64,000 nucleotides of DNA from Ramazzottius varieornatus. Taxonomy: Eukaryota > Animalia > Tardigrada. The DNA is taken from NCBI GenBank assembly GCA_001949185.1, contig BDGG01000023.1:186001-250000 (forward strand), read 5' to 3'. A model generated the notes under the pieces. The model made no database searches and was not told the DNA's origin. It saw only the letters and a program-made list of their open reading frames with translations. Below, one piece after another: positions 12,160 to 24,947 of this stretch. The translations under genes were made by a program, and so were the position numbers. Position 1 is the first letter of the stretch. Every line of letters begins with the position of its first letter.

Positions 12160-12990
12160 ATGGCGAGAACGAAACAATCTCGCCAAGACCATCTGGTAGT
12201 TATCGAAGAAGCCCCCCCCCCCCCGGTTGGTTCCCACTGTTTTACTAGATCACAATTAATGTCCTTCTCCAGGTTGCGTCGAATTGCTTGGCGAAGAGAA
12301 TATTCATCTGGATTTTCCATAGCTTCCTCATGATCCAGTGGGCACTCATCTAAAACGGATTTCAGCCATTCGAGTTATTTGGCAGCAAATGGCCAAAAAG
12401 TCTTTCGCTTGTCCAGACCACAATGCAGCCTGGCATGGCATTCTTTCTCTGTCGCGTTCTGGTCAAGCTGAGATGGGGACTGGAAGCGTGTAATATAGTC
12501 CCACGTATACCAGAGGCCGACGAAAGGCTCTCTCAAAAGCACCAGGCTATCGAACACCAGGCCAGTCGAATACCAGGAATATTTTTTCTCTACAGGTGAC
12601 GTCGCGCTTCCTATCGGCGGACCTCACGATCCCGGATCTCTGACCCTGACGTCCATTCTTCACTTGCCGAACGAGCCAGCTATTGAATTGAACATTGAAC
12701 ATGCTTCTCTGCCATGATTGTTGAACTGAGGCTAGATTGGATCTCGAATTCGTTTGGACCGTTCTGTTCGAATTCGAAGACGAAGGTGGCTCGTGAACAG
12801 TATCTTCTACTGTATATGCTCAAGCTTGTCAAAGTTAGTTCGTCCACGTCGGTTTCCATCTCTGGATCAATTGTACAGTACAGTTACGAAACTATGCAGG
12901 GAGCGAAAACTCCAAGACGTGAACCCATCGCGGAAATTTACCGTGGGAACCATTTTTGTTTGTTGTGTAATTACCCATCTCGACATCTAA
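12160..12990 (+). pseudogene. Probable decayed spliced gene beginning with a histone-H3-like N-terminus (MARTKQS)
   Basis: ATG in caaaATGG context. Candidate exons 12160-12225, 12273-12461 and 12596 onward, with plausible splice sites. There is a phase conflict at a C13 run and there are in-frame stops; no recognisable domain follows. Confidence 0.35.
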
Positions 12991-13258
12991 TCAGATCATG
13001 CAGCAGCCAAACACAGTCAGTAAAATAACATTTCTCTACAGAAGTCAAGCGGCGAAAGCTAAGCAAAGTCCAGGTTGAAGGACAAGCATCAATACTCAAA
13101 TGTACAGCTCAGTCAACGGCAAGAAAAGTAAGTGAAGGCACAGGCTATCGAACTTCCGGAAACCGGCGCAACGCACGGTCCTCCAGGAACTTTTGTGCAA
13201 GGCTCAAAGCTCGCAAGCACCAATAAATATATAAGAATGGCAAAAGGCAGCAACGCTT

Positions 13259-14392
13259 CTACGGTCTGAGGGCCGGACAATCTGTTACGGACACGGAATC
13301 GCAGTTGAACCCACTCATGATCACACCTTCTAGTCGTTGGTTCGAGGCGTAAGCCGCAGCGCCACATCGCTCTTCTACTTGATCCATGTAGCAGTTCTTG
13401 TGGTAACGCATGCCACTGTAAAAGATTACATAATGCAACCGCTAAAACTTTGGGCGTCACTGTGTTTGAGACGTCGGCAAATGGACTGAACATGATCAGT
13501 GTAAAGTGGCGCACACTATCAGCCCGTTACAGTGATGACGTGCGCCATTCGAGTCAACGATCCTGTTCAATTCATTTGTCGACGCCCCACTGGAGCAGGC
13601 CAGATGTTGTTGCTTACCAGCAAAGGTCTCTGAGGGAGTCCGGTTCACCCTGGATTAGCCTGGCGGAACTGAGGTTCTTGAGTTGAGGAATGAAGCGAGT
13701 TTCTCGCATGCAGCGTTCGTGCACAGAACTCATGCGCCGACCGCATTCCAGTGCTGCGAGGGAGTCCTGAATGATTTGTGGGTTCTCGCACTGGTTCAAC
13801 AGGGCCAGCATCTGGGTGATGAACATGCGGGACTCTGGTCGGTTTGAGAGGCATCGGGACGAGTAATCCATGAAACACTGAAGCGATTGCTTGTAAGCTC
13901 TAAAAAAAACGAGAGTGGGTTATCTCATCAAGATTGCCAGAGCTTTGAGACGGTGTTTCAAGAGTTTGCCAATTTTCTACGGTTACTTGGTCGAACTGGT
14001 GTCCGGCACCGCTCTCCCGTCATCATCGTAGAAAAATGCCTCCTGGAGGACTTATATGATGAACCAAGAGTCGCAATTGGGTATTCGGTCACTTACTCGC
14101 AAACTGCAGTAAACTCCTTCTCGTTTCGTAGGGCGAATGGGTCCCTTGCGAGGTTCCTCGGCAGCGGCTGGAAATGTCTGATGCAGCTGGCCGGAGGGAA
14201 GTCATCACAGCTATCGGGTATTTCCTCTTCCACGGGAGGACTAGTTTGCGGCATGTTGAAGTCGACGTCAGCAACGACAGCTTCTTCCTCACCTCGACCG
14301 ATCATGTTGGGATCGTAGTAATCGTTGATAGCTCGACCCGAGCAGTAACCGGCGAAGAACAGCACACTGGCGATTATTCCAAAGGCATGCAT
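13259..14392 (-). CDS. Secreted cysteine-rich protein, 244 aa (DUF19/T20D4.11-like helical Cys pattern), 3 exons
   Basis: Exons 14392-14097, 13899-13618 and 13415-13259 total 735 nt in frame. Signal peptide MHAFGIIASVLFFAGYCSG; repeated C-x6/7-C-x6/7-C spacing (CEAYKQSLQCFMDYSSRC; CCGMRYHKNCYMDQVEERC). The family label is inference. Confidence 0.75.
13467..13590. repeat. Palindromic N25 motif-pair family copy (well-preserved monomer), intron 2 of secreted-protein gene
   Basis: tgagacgtcggcaaatggactgaacatgatc..aaagtggcgcac-25 nt-gtgcgccattcg..gatcctgttcaattcatttgtcgacgcccc. Confidence 0.8.
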
Positions 14393-15686
14393 TTTATTGT
14401 CGTGCAAAAGGGAGGAAAACTTTTGAAACAGAAAAGCGCGAGCAGGTTTTCCAAGCAAGAAGTATTGGGAACAAGAAACAGCAGTATGGAGTGTGAGAAA
14501 AGGAAAGAACAGCAGCGAACGCGGACTTTATAACTGTCCGGAAGCCAGGAAGGTGACTTTGGCCTGTTAGGCGATTTGAACTTGATCTTTGAACGGGTTA
14601 CTCAGAGCTGAAGACAGTTGACGGGACATTCGTCAGTCTTTCTGGGCATTTCCGAAAGACGTTCAAGGGTAAAGGAGGGTGGCAGGTTGTTTACGCATGC
14701 AAAATAGCTGTGGTTCTCAGCTGACGAAGAACGAGATAAGGTCTTTTTCCGGTATGAGGAAGTGGCAGAACGTTTTCTGGCCCGATCAGCGAGGAGATAT
14801 TTTCCGTCAGTCCCTGAAATCAATCACAGTCAATCAATCGACAATCGGCATCAACCTGCGGCCAGAGAGAAGTGTGCAGGTGAAGCATCATGCACCTGCG
14901 TACCGGAGAAACCACGGTTTGTTCCACCCTGTGCAGTGCGTCAAATGCCCGCTGCGGGCGTATGCCCCAGTGGATCCTAACTTGATGGATTGGGACACCC
15001 AGAAAATCGTATTAACTTCGTGAGATATTAGCCAGTTTCATATTCAGCAACATTTTTCCCGATTCTCTGCCGTCAGCAGTTCAGCTCACCTTTTTAGCCA
15101 GCTTCTTTATGCGGTACCTCGGTGCAAGACATTTTATAAATCAAAAAGAAAGTAGGTTGTCCAGGCGGGACAAATGCTCATCCTGTAGAAAATCACCAGT
15201 GATCTGAACAGGTGAACGTTGACATTGATAACGGCTAGCGTCTCAAGTAGCCAATTGGTGCAGCAAGTGCAGAACGAAGCATGGCTCATTACAAGGTGAA
15301 GTTTGACTGCCCAAGATGCCAAGGGAAAGAGATGGAAAAAGGTAGATGAATCGAGCTGATCACTGACCAGTAACGATTCCGAAGGTGCAAAAAGCGAAGC
15401 ACGTAGTGAAGTTAATGGAGTAAATGGACATCGTCCACTTGTGCCCAGGTGTAGGCTAGCAAGCTCGTCTGGGGTGGAAAACGATATAGCTTATATCAAA
15501 CTGTCCGCTACTCTTGATTGACTGATTGCTCTTTTGCTTGAGGTGGGTACGTTAAACTAGAGCCCTGAAGCAGTAGCTGAAACCAGTGCTGCTTCTGCAT
15601 TGATCCGGTGTCCAGAAACTGCAACTGCTCTGCATTGCAGTAAAATGCAGTGCAGCGCAGAACGTGCTGCATCTTGCAGGGCTCTA

Positions 15687-16985
15687 CTTTAAACTGCCAA
15701 TGATGTGGAACAAGTTTGGATCCGGGTGCGTCTAGAAAGACTCCCCGGATGATAGGTGAATATTTGGTCAATGTGTGTACCGATCAGCTGATCGGTGTAA
15801 CGTCACACACAACAGCTAAAACTGCAAGTTCCGGCCGGTCTTTTTCAGTGTTATTCTACAAATGGTTTTGGAATTTTAATGTCTATTACAATTGGTAAAA
15901 TTTTTCCTCAAACCGTAATCTTAATTGTTGCAGGTTTGGATTGGCTTAATTCTCTCCTATCTAATAATTTTAATTAGATCTGGATCTCTAATAAAAATTA
16001 TTTTAATTATGGTCCGTCTGTAAGTTTTCATTAACCGAGTAATCAGCAGGGATATGTATCTGCTGTTGTGTCATCTTCATCAGATAGTATGTCATTCCAC
16101 ATGTCCATCAAAATTTTCTGTCTGTATTTTCTACGGATTAAAGCTCGAATCTACGGTAAAGGTGGTTTCGCTGGTTTCCGTTTGACGTTAGTTACAAAAG
16201 TAAGAGTAAACTCGTACGAGACTGTACAATTTGGAAAACCATTGGCAAATCATACTGCAAGTCCTGCTATGTTGTCGTGCTGTATGTTTCGGTCCGGTCA
16301 AGTCCACCGTCGTCCCAGGCTGAGTCCTCCTCTCCTTTATAGTCTGCTTCTTCGGCTTGGTGAAGCTTGGCCCTGTCTGACTTTTTCGCTTCTGAGTATT
16401 TTTCGTTGGACTGGTCATGGCTGATGCTGAAATTATATGGCCGAGAACCAAGAATACAAATTGAAGTACAAACGGTAGGAAAAGAAGAGCAAGCTGGGAG
16501 TCTAACAGATATTACTATATTTAAATCAAGTCGAATAATCAATGCACCAAATTCACGGTATGAGATTGCGTAATCGAGTGCGTCAATTTAACTGAAGCTG
16601 AAATTTAGAATCAGCGCTCTGTATCCATCTCTTGTACTGTTTAACCAGCTCTCGTCCGGGATAATATTTACTCAGGGATTTTCGTGGTACAATTCACTGT
16701 GGATTTGCTAGGCATCTTGCCATAATAAAAATTCGAAGCCCAGCTCTTCCAAATGTTATTTATTTTAATTACGGATTTTACTGTTGACTTGTGAGTCTAA
16801 TTTTACTGTAATTTTACTATATGGTAAAATTGGTCGTCTCGATTTCATAATTTTAATTACTATAGTAAAATTCAAAAGTCCCACTTTTCGGCTATTTTCG
16901 ATTATCTATTTTCACTAGTAGAATAACACTGGTCTTTTTACACGCACCCGGACTAATCTTGTCCCGCATCATTGGCAGTTTAAAG
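15687..16985. mobile_element. TA-flanked MITE (about 215 bp) split by a nested hAT element
   Basis: About 50-bp TIRs CTTTAAACTGCCAATGATG..TCCGGGTGCGT at 15687-15740 and inverted at 16932-16985; TA on both flanks. Confidence 0.75.
15846..16931 (-). mobile_element. Internally deleted (Ds-like) hAT element
   Basis: TIRs CAGTGTTATTCTAC/GTAGAATAACACTG and an exact 8-bp TSD gtcttttt on both sides. AT-rich subterminal tactatagta-like repeats. The interior has a basic N-terminal remnant (MTSPTKNTQKRK..) and a short ..MWNDILSEDD remnant resembling a hAT C-terminus. Confidence 0.85.
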
Positions 16986-17252
16986 TAATTAAACGACACG
17001 AAAACTGAATTTTTTCCGGTTATTAGTTTAAATTGTCAGTTGTTTCAAGATCTAGGAGTTAACGCAACTTCTTTCCGTTAACTGAGCCAGCAATGACTTA
17101 ATGTCGGGCAGTTTCAAAAAAGTTGAACGGAACGGCTCCTAACACCATGAGACTAACGTTAAGTATTATATCACAACGTACAATCTACCGTCCGTAGAAC
17201 GCCACCACTCTAGCAGAAAGAGGAAGTTTTTTGAGACCTGCGAGGTCTGTTT

Positions 17253-18960
17253 TGGAAGACCTCCTACGGCCATTGCTGTTCTGTTCTCCGACCCGGAACC
17301 TGTGCAAGTCGCTTCAGTCGCCCTTCAATGTATGGTATCTTGACGATGCCACGCTTGGTGGAGACTTCGAACTGGTAAGAAGGGACTTCCAGACCATTGT
17401 GGAGATCGGCGCTTCTCTGGGCCTCGAGCTCAATACGTCCAAATGTGATTTTGTTGTCTGTGGAGGTACTCCTACCCAACAGCAAGTTACACGCCAGAAA
17501 ATGAAGCTCCTCTGCCCTGGCGTAATATTTCCGGACAAGGAGACGCTAACGCTACTTGGAGCTCCAGTCTTCCCCGAAGCGATCCCTCCGGTCCTAGAGA
17601 AAAAGATCCAACAAGCTGAGCTCATGACTACACGCTTGGAAGAAATCTCAGCCCACCAAGCTTTGTTTCTGTTGAAGAACTGTCTTAGTCTACCTAAGCT
17701 ATTGTATATCTTTCGTTGCAGCCCGACTTTCAGTTGCCTTCCTTCCCTTCAAGCTTTTGATGAGACCATCCGGAAATGTGCAGGTGAAATCGCCAACATC
17801 GTAATGGACGACACGGTCTGGCGGCAGTCAAGCATTCCCGTCAGTAGGGACGGTTTCGGAATCAGACGCGTCGATGAACTGGCTCTCCCGGCCTTTTTGG
17901 CTTCCGTTCACTCGGCGTTCGATCTGGTGAAACAGATCTATCCTCAAGTCGACGCGAATGGTATAGTATCGCCAGCGATAAACCTCTGGCAGGAAAAAAA
18001 TTTCTCACAGCCTCCCATTCTCACTCTCCGATCAGCGCAGAAGGCGTGGGACATCCCGATACTTGACCCGCACTACCAAACCCTTCTGGATGCTAGTTTC
18101 CAAGCAGAAAGAGCCAGACTAGTTGCCGTATCAGCCAAGGACTCAGGAGCATGGCTTAATGCGTTACCCATTTCTGTTTTAGGTAATTTGCTGGACGACA
18201 ACTCGTTTCGCATCTCAGTTGGTTTGCGTCTTGGGGCTAGGCTCTGTGAGCCCCACGTTTGTCGTTGCCAAAAACTTGTCGACGAGCTGGGGCGCCACGG
18301 CTTGTCTTGTCAGTTGAGTGCCGGACGTCATTCTAGACATTCCGCTCTGAATGACTCCCTCCACCGTGCCCTCATCAGCTGTAAAGTCCCGAACGTCCTT
18401 GAGCCCAACGGGATCCTCAGGGACGACCAGAAACGACCTGACGGACTGACGCCCATCCCGTAGCAACAAGGTAAGGCTCTGGTCTGGGATGTAACCTGTG
18501 TTGACACTCTTGCAGAAACATACCTGCGAGGATCAGCGGGGCAGCTTGGTTATGCCGCCAACAAGGCGGAAAAGCTCAAGAGACACAAGTACCGCGAGCT
18601 GGATGGTCGCTACCTGTTCTGTCCAGTAGCGTTCGAAACTTTCGGTCCTTTCCGGAACGAAGCATCCAGCCTTATCCAGCAGATAGGCAAAAGAATAGCA
18701 GAAGCCACCGGCGAAGCAAGATCTCTCTCGTTTTTGAAGCAAAAGCTTAGTATAGATATTCAACGTGGTAATGCTGCCTGTTTTCGGAACCTTTTCTAGT
18801 CATAGAGGTTTGGAGGAGATCTATTCTATTGTCGATGTCAATAACCGAGATTTTCAGCTGATTTGAATTGTTTTATTGTTTTGTGGTCTGGTTCTACCGG
18901 GCCTCTTTACGCTTTTGCAAATTGGATTGCGTTTTGTGCATGGCTGTAATTAAAAGTTTA
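17253..18960 (+). mobile_element. 5'-truncated non-LTR retrotransposon with RT plus restriction-like endonuclease (CRE-clade-like), inactivated
   Basis: RT core (..PLLFC..VWYLDDATLGG, LELNTSKC, LLGAP), zinc knuckle CRC..DELGRHGLSC and RH motif. The endonuclease RPDGL..VWDVTC..AEKLK..KY..FETFG..IQRGNA continues past a TAG at 18461. The 3' boundary is approximate. Confidence 0.85.
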
Positions 18961-21094
18961 ATTCTCGCTACCCCGCTCAAATGGCGCATTTTGCACGTCG
19001 GTTTAGCACCCGGAAAAAAGGAATTTCTTCATTTTCAAATTCCACAAGTCGCAGTGAGATAACTTCTGACGGCTGTTACAGGAATCTAACCTTCTAGCGG
19101 ATGCCATAACTGGCTTCAAATGTGTCGAGCCAGGGCAAAGAGGAGAAATTCAGGAAAGAAATCCTCGTCCTGCGGGTCTAGGCTCTACGTTCTCTTCCTG
19201 TTGTCTACGCACGGACCTATTCCGTGATGCAAAAGAGGGACGATTGTTGATGGACAACCTATGGCATGGGAGGAAGAGAGATGATATTAGCCACATTCAC
19301 AGAATTATTTTGAAAATTTTTGCTCGAACAGTTGCTAGCCATACTTTCGCACCTAATAATGGCGATTGTAGACTGAGAGACCCGACGTCGCGCCAGTACT
19401 GAGTCGGAAATTCTGATGCGATCAGTAGATGAAGGCCCCGTAGTTGTCGAGTCACGTAGCGGTCACACGTAGAGCTACTTGTTTGCAGCAGTGGGTATCG
19501 TCGTCCGATAAACCTCGTCTAATAACTGCGGCTTAGCAGAAATGAGACTATCGAAATACTGCGACTGTCCCTGCATAATCGGAGCAGGGAAAATTTAGAA
19601 AGGACTCATTATTTCTGAATCGCCGTGGGTTACTGTAAAGTGTTTAAAATGTATCCTTAGCGGCTCGGTATTTTGAATAGTTCATTGGTCGGGAGGCCAC
19701 AGAAGCATGCTCTGGTCTTGTGGATGCAACTGATAATCACATTTTCGCGCCAGTGTGGATGCATTTTGAACACTGCGGCACCGCCGCAGGTAATTTCAGT
19801 AACTGTGACCGTCGAAATCATATCCTCCATTAGTTTCGATACCATAGGGTGCTCCTCAGGGCACGCCATAATTGTACAGGCTGATGGTGTGTGGCCGAGA
19901 TTGGAGGGAATGCTACTCTATAGGGTACAAATGAAGTGGTTAATAGGGAACTCTTGAAACAGGTACCAGGAACTTTTGAAACTTGTGATTTCTGGGTCTG
20001 ATGTTACGGAAAACCGGTAATCCCACCCTGTCACTTGCTCCCAGCTTTTCCATCCTGCCGTTCCTACCCTGTTCTGCCAGGATGGGAATTTCCATCTCAT
20101 GTATATCAGAGCCATTTAGGGTAGTCGTTTTCCACCAGGTCCGACCCTAACCGACCTGTGCTTGTGCCATGAAATTCTTGCCCCTCCCGCCCTACCCTGG
20201 GGTGAAAACGTCAGCCTACCTTGCCTGAAGGTGGCGCCATTCATCGTTTCCTGTGCGTGACCGCGCTGCAAATACGTCACAGCAACTACCAATGGTCCAC
20301 CATTACACTGCTCGACTGTTTTATCTGTCTCCGAGAACTTAGATGTGAGTTTCCCAATTACGTTTTCTGGTTATTATATCCGTGAAGTTCTTAATAACTG
20401 ATTTGATCGCGATTCATATTTCTTCGGCAAGGTTTTGTCACATTCTTCTCCGGACCAATCATGTGGCCGCTACTCGTATTCGAAGTGATCTGAAGGCTGT
20501 CATCTTGCTACTTGCTAACGTCACGGCGGTAGGTTTTATAATAGTGGGACCGAAAGAGGGTAAGTCTTAGCACATGGCGATCGAACGGACCGGTTCTTTG
20601 AGAGCTTATCAAGGTGAAACGCCACGTCAGGAACAAAAAACGCGGAACAAGCATAGGCACCCCGTTAGCGTACAAAAAGGGTCGTCTGAGCGCGATTGAC
20701 GGTCATTGCCATTGTTGCACAACAGTAAGGTTTCGGCTTTGTAGAAACGTTTCCGCTACTGTGTGTACAGTTTCCCCCGAAACTTTTACGTTGTCCATTT
20801 GTATGCCGCAATTATCTCCAGGATGAACGGAATCAGGAAGCAGAATATCTATGAGCTCGACCGTAATTAGCTGGCAAAGCTTTTTAACCCAGGTTCGTGT
20901 CGGATCCGGCATCGGATGGTCCTTGAAGGATATCCGTATTGGGCCACATGTTTGCCGATTGAGCACGCGTTCTCGTCATACAGATTTGAAGTTAATGAAG
21001 AACGCCCCAAAGTGAAACTCAAGTCAATCGATCTGACCCTCATTCGAAACCGAAAACAGAGAACTTTCATATAACCAAAAACACAGCTTGCGAT

Positions 21095-21537
21095 TAGTGA
21101 TGTTCTAATATGGATTAATGAGATCTAATATAATAGAAATAAATATCCGCCGGCCATCAAAGTTTTAATAAGTGACTACTACTATAGTAAAACGTCCACC
21201 TGATTTAATACAATATTACTATAGTAGAACTTTCGGGGGTTTGTTACTGAAATATATATTTTAATATCGGAGAGCTCGACGGAAGATCTGAAAAATTCAG
21301 AATCAGTATGCAGCAATTATCAGCGGTAGCGTTACCCGTATTAAAATATATTTTACTATAGATGATGGACAACTTAATAATGATAAAATATGGCATTTCC
21401 GGTTTCAAGCTACTAAAATATAAATATTGGAATGCGGTGCCCGATTCTGTCTACTAAATATTACATAATTTAGTAGATATTCAAACCATCTACTATCATC
21501 TACTTTAATATAATATCACTATATTAGAACATTCCTA
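21095..21537. mobile_element. hAT-type MITE (443 bp)
   Basis: TIRs TAGTGATGTTCTAATAT / ATATTAGAACATTCCTA (Ac-like TAGGGATG end), exact 8-bp TSD cttgcgat, internal tactatagta repeats. Confidence 0.88.
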
Positions 21538-21638
21538 CTTGCGATCCGCGGTGCGCCGTCTATTGGTTACCGTGTATCTTCGAGACATGGCGTTTTGGCC
21601 ATTCAAGTCGATCGAGCAATCTTGCTGATCGTCACGTC

Positions 21639-24600
21639 TAGGGAGGATTATGGTTGGTAAAACGGTTAAACGGTTTGATAAGCGGTTGGATAAAACTTTA
21701 TCCGGATACAGTGTGGTTGGTTAAAAGACTCATCCTTATCCAGCTCTCTGGTTAAAACTTTTATCCGGATAATATCCGGTTAAAATTCCGGTTAAGGATT
21801 CTCGTCAGATTTCAGCTGTGAGTTGAAGCTGTCGAACCTTCGTTCTGTTTACTCATCATCGTCAATCATCATCGCAACCATAGCTCCGAAGACATCAGTC
21901 CAAGAATACAAGCATAACATGGCTTGAATGGCTTCAGGCTCAAGTCGACCACGAAGGATGGTTATGTATCGACCGCTACCAGAAAAAGCACTTTCTGATG
22001 GCACGGACGAAGCCTGGGCACCCAGGACGTCTTTTACAATGCGGTGCAAAGTAGGATATCGCGTTTCACTCATACTACAGAAGTCTAAAACATCTCTTTT
22101 GGCTGATTCCTTCGGGTCCAAAAAGTACTGGTCCACCTCGTTCAGTTTAGTATCCGCTCCCGAAGTAACTTGTGGGATCATTCTTTCGCGAATAGACAGC
22201 GGCGTTTTAGGCGCTGAAACGGCTAACTGCGAAGTACTTCCGGAACCTCTTCTTTCACTATAGCCGGAAGAATTCATAGGCTTAGACTGCTATGGATATA
22301 ATTCTGGTACCAGTTTGGATATGATCATACTAAAAGATTTACTACCTTGGAACATTCTTGTATAGTTGCACTATATGTTTCAGCATGGTGCTGGCTGCGG
22401 TTCGGCTTTCCACTGTACGACGGTAGGCGTCTTTGATGCTCGGAACAAGCAGCCTGGTTATCATATTCGGACGCCAGGTTTTTTCCAGGATAATCTCAGG
22501 CAGTCCTCCAGTTCGGCTAACATGTCTTTAGCCAATTCGCAGATCCAGTGTGCCTGAAGTTAGCAAAACATACAGCTTTTGACGAAATACTGACCCTCCA
22601 GAGTTAGTACCGAAACATTTACTCACAATAAAAAATGCATATAAACCTTGGCGTAGTCATCGTTAAAAGCTTTCAGGTGAGACCGTAAAAACTCCAGCTC
22701 GGCCAAGGCCATGTGGAAGGTTGAAGACTTAGAAGCCGAGCAATCAACAGCTCCCAGAGGCTTCAGAAGTTCGATGAGGTCTTCCATCTCGACCCATTCC
22801 TTCGCAGAAAGTACATCATTCTTGATGGCTCCTTTCTGAGTGGACAAGTAGTCGTGAATTTCATGGCGACGTGCATAAGCTGACTCCACCATATGCAATA
22901 AGCTGTTCCACCGTGTGGCTACATCCAACGGCAACTTGAGGTCCTCCGTCGCAGGCTGGATAGAAGCCAAGAAACTTTCGCGAATGGTGGGACGACGCAA
23001 GTAAACGACGCATGCGCGAATCTTCGAAACAGTATCAACCTTCTTGTACCTCCGCCACTTTATTCACCATGTGCGCTACACACCAATTCCAGAATGAGTT
23101 AACTGGAAAGAATAATATAGTCAGCGAGTTATTTACCGTAGTGAATATTGACCCTAGCAGAACATATATTGCCGCAAGGGCGTCTTCGAGCTATTTGTAT
23201 TTGTGAATGTACACACTAACTCATATTTTCTTTATCGCTTATAAACGTTTACCTTCGGGTGAGAACTGCGCGGTTCTCGAAAAAGTACGCCTTTCAGTTT
23301 CCATATGAGCAAGCAATAAGTCGAAGAACTTTATCATGTTTGACGCTCCATCTGTAGTCACTCCAAAGACCCTGTGGGCGAATTTGGATTCTTTGAGAGT
23401 TTCCATAACTGCGTCTTTCATTTTTTCACCTGAGTGCTTATGAGGGATATATCGAGAGTCAAGGATAACATTTCTCAAGTTCTATTCGTTATCTATCCAG
23501 TGCAAGGTGATGACAAGTTATGACTGCTTTCTGGCGCTTGCTTTCCACATGTCTGTAGTCAGTAAGAAACGACTCGTTACCGCAGACAGTTCTTCAATGG
23601 TCTGGACTTTCTTCGCTTTGTAGCCGTCGACGATAAGCCTCCGGAGGGTTTGTCGACAGGGCACCTGTTAAAATGCTTACATCGTTTACAAAAGTACGAT
23701 AAAACAGATTCTAATTATCGCCCGAACATAGATCTGGTAATAATTATGTGATTTTACCTTGCAGCTAGCATTCAGACCACTAATGAGTTTGACAAATCGT
23801 GGTTCATCCACGGTGCTAATAGGCTTTGCAGTACAGACGATCCAATCCGTAAGGTTGTTCGTGTGACGAGTAGTTTCTTTCTTTGACATGAACTGTGGCT
23901 GGTCTTTCTGCTTTGCTTGAAACGCTGGATGAAGTGGCTTGTCTTTGGAAGCTTTTTGCAGTTTCGAAAGATGCACTTTCTTCATATGGTAGTGCAAGTT
24001 AGAAGTTCCTTGCACGTTCTTGTAGCCGCGCTTGCAGTAGTTAAATTTGGCTGTGGTTTTTCGGTCTTTACCAACCGATTTCCTGAAATGATCGTTCATA
24101 TCTGAATGTGTCGCCTTACCCTTCTTCTTCGTTCCGGTTGGTAGTTGTACAGTGTCCCCTGCAGTTAGTTCCTCCGGGAAACTCTCAACGGTGCTTAGAG
24201 GTGCAGTGGGGCCTAGAAGTTCTGCCTCGAAATCGGCAACTTCATCGTGAAGAGCGTCATGGTGGCCATCGTCCTCTTCGTCGCTTTGTTGCCGATTCCA
24301 GGAGCGTTTACGAGTGGCCATATTGCAGAGTCCAGTTCCAATACCCTATAGACTATAGCACGTTGAACAATAAGGCAAAGGAAGCTAAAGAATACCATCA
24401 GAAATGTTGGCAGGCAAGAAGTGGAGGAAGCCGACATACTCTAACGGTGCAGCACGAACAGATACAGTATTTAACGCTAACTTCCGGTGCGGCTGCTAAT
24501 TAGGAGATTGCGTAACAAAACGAATTTTGAGCCAGTCAGCCCAAGACCTGTCGGCAGCTAGACTACAGCTCGTAACCTACAGCAGGATGCTTTGATCTCT

Positions 24601-24783
24601 GATTGATTCGAAGCTCATTAACCGGATAAAATCTGGTTGGATACGGACGTTATCCGGATCCTATCCGGTTGGTCAAGAGCTTTATCCGGCTAATAAGCGG
24701 ATGGTTAATATGCTTATCCAATCCGTCTTTTAACCGGATATATCCGGATGTATCCGTCGTCGGTTGGTTTATTAACATCCCTA
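21639..24783 (-). mobile_element. hAT (Ac-like) DNA transposon, near full length but decayed
   Basis: Ends TAGGGAGGAT.. / ..AACATCCCTA with dense subterminal TATCCGG/CCGGATA/AACCGG repeats at both ends. It encloses a transposase pseudogene; no matching TSD seen. Confidence 0.85.
21849..24321 (-). pseudogene. hAT transposase pseudogene (BED finger + RNase H-like DDE + dimerisation domain), intron-containing
   Basis: BED finger HF..AKFNYC..TSNLHYHMKKVH (first Cys lost), TTDMW, VTTDGASNM, DVATRWNS, ASSVPSESAFS. In-frame stops near 23480-23520; GT-AG introns, e.g. about 23665-23757. Confidence 0.88.
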
Positions 24784-24947
24784 CTGCTGCCTCAGCTTGA
24801 TCAAGTCAGGCTGCAGCTTGGCTGAATTTGGAAATTCATTTTCGAAATTTAATTTCAACGGCTGCGCTTTTCGTTTATTTTCGTACGCTTCTTGTTTCTC
24901 CTTCTTTTCAAATTATCTTGCCACCGTCGGAAGCAGACAACTTGGAA

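Noticed and set aside
19000-21090. Short ORFs between the retroelement and the hAT MITE
   Set aside because: No motif, consistent exon chain or termini could be supported.
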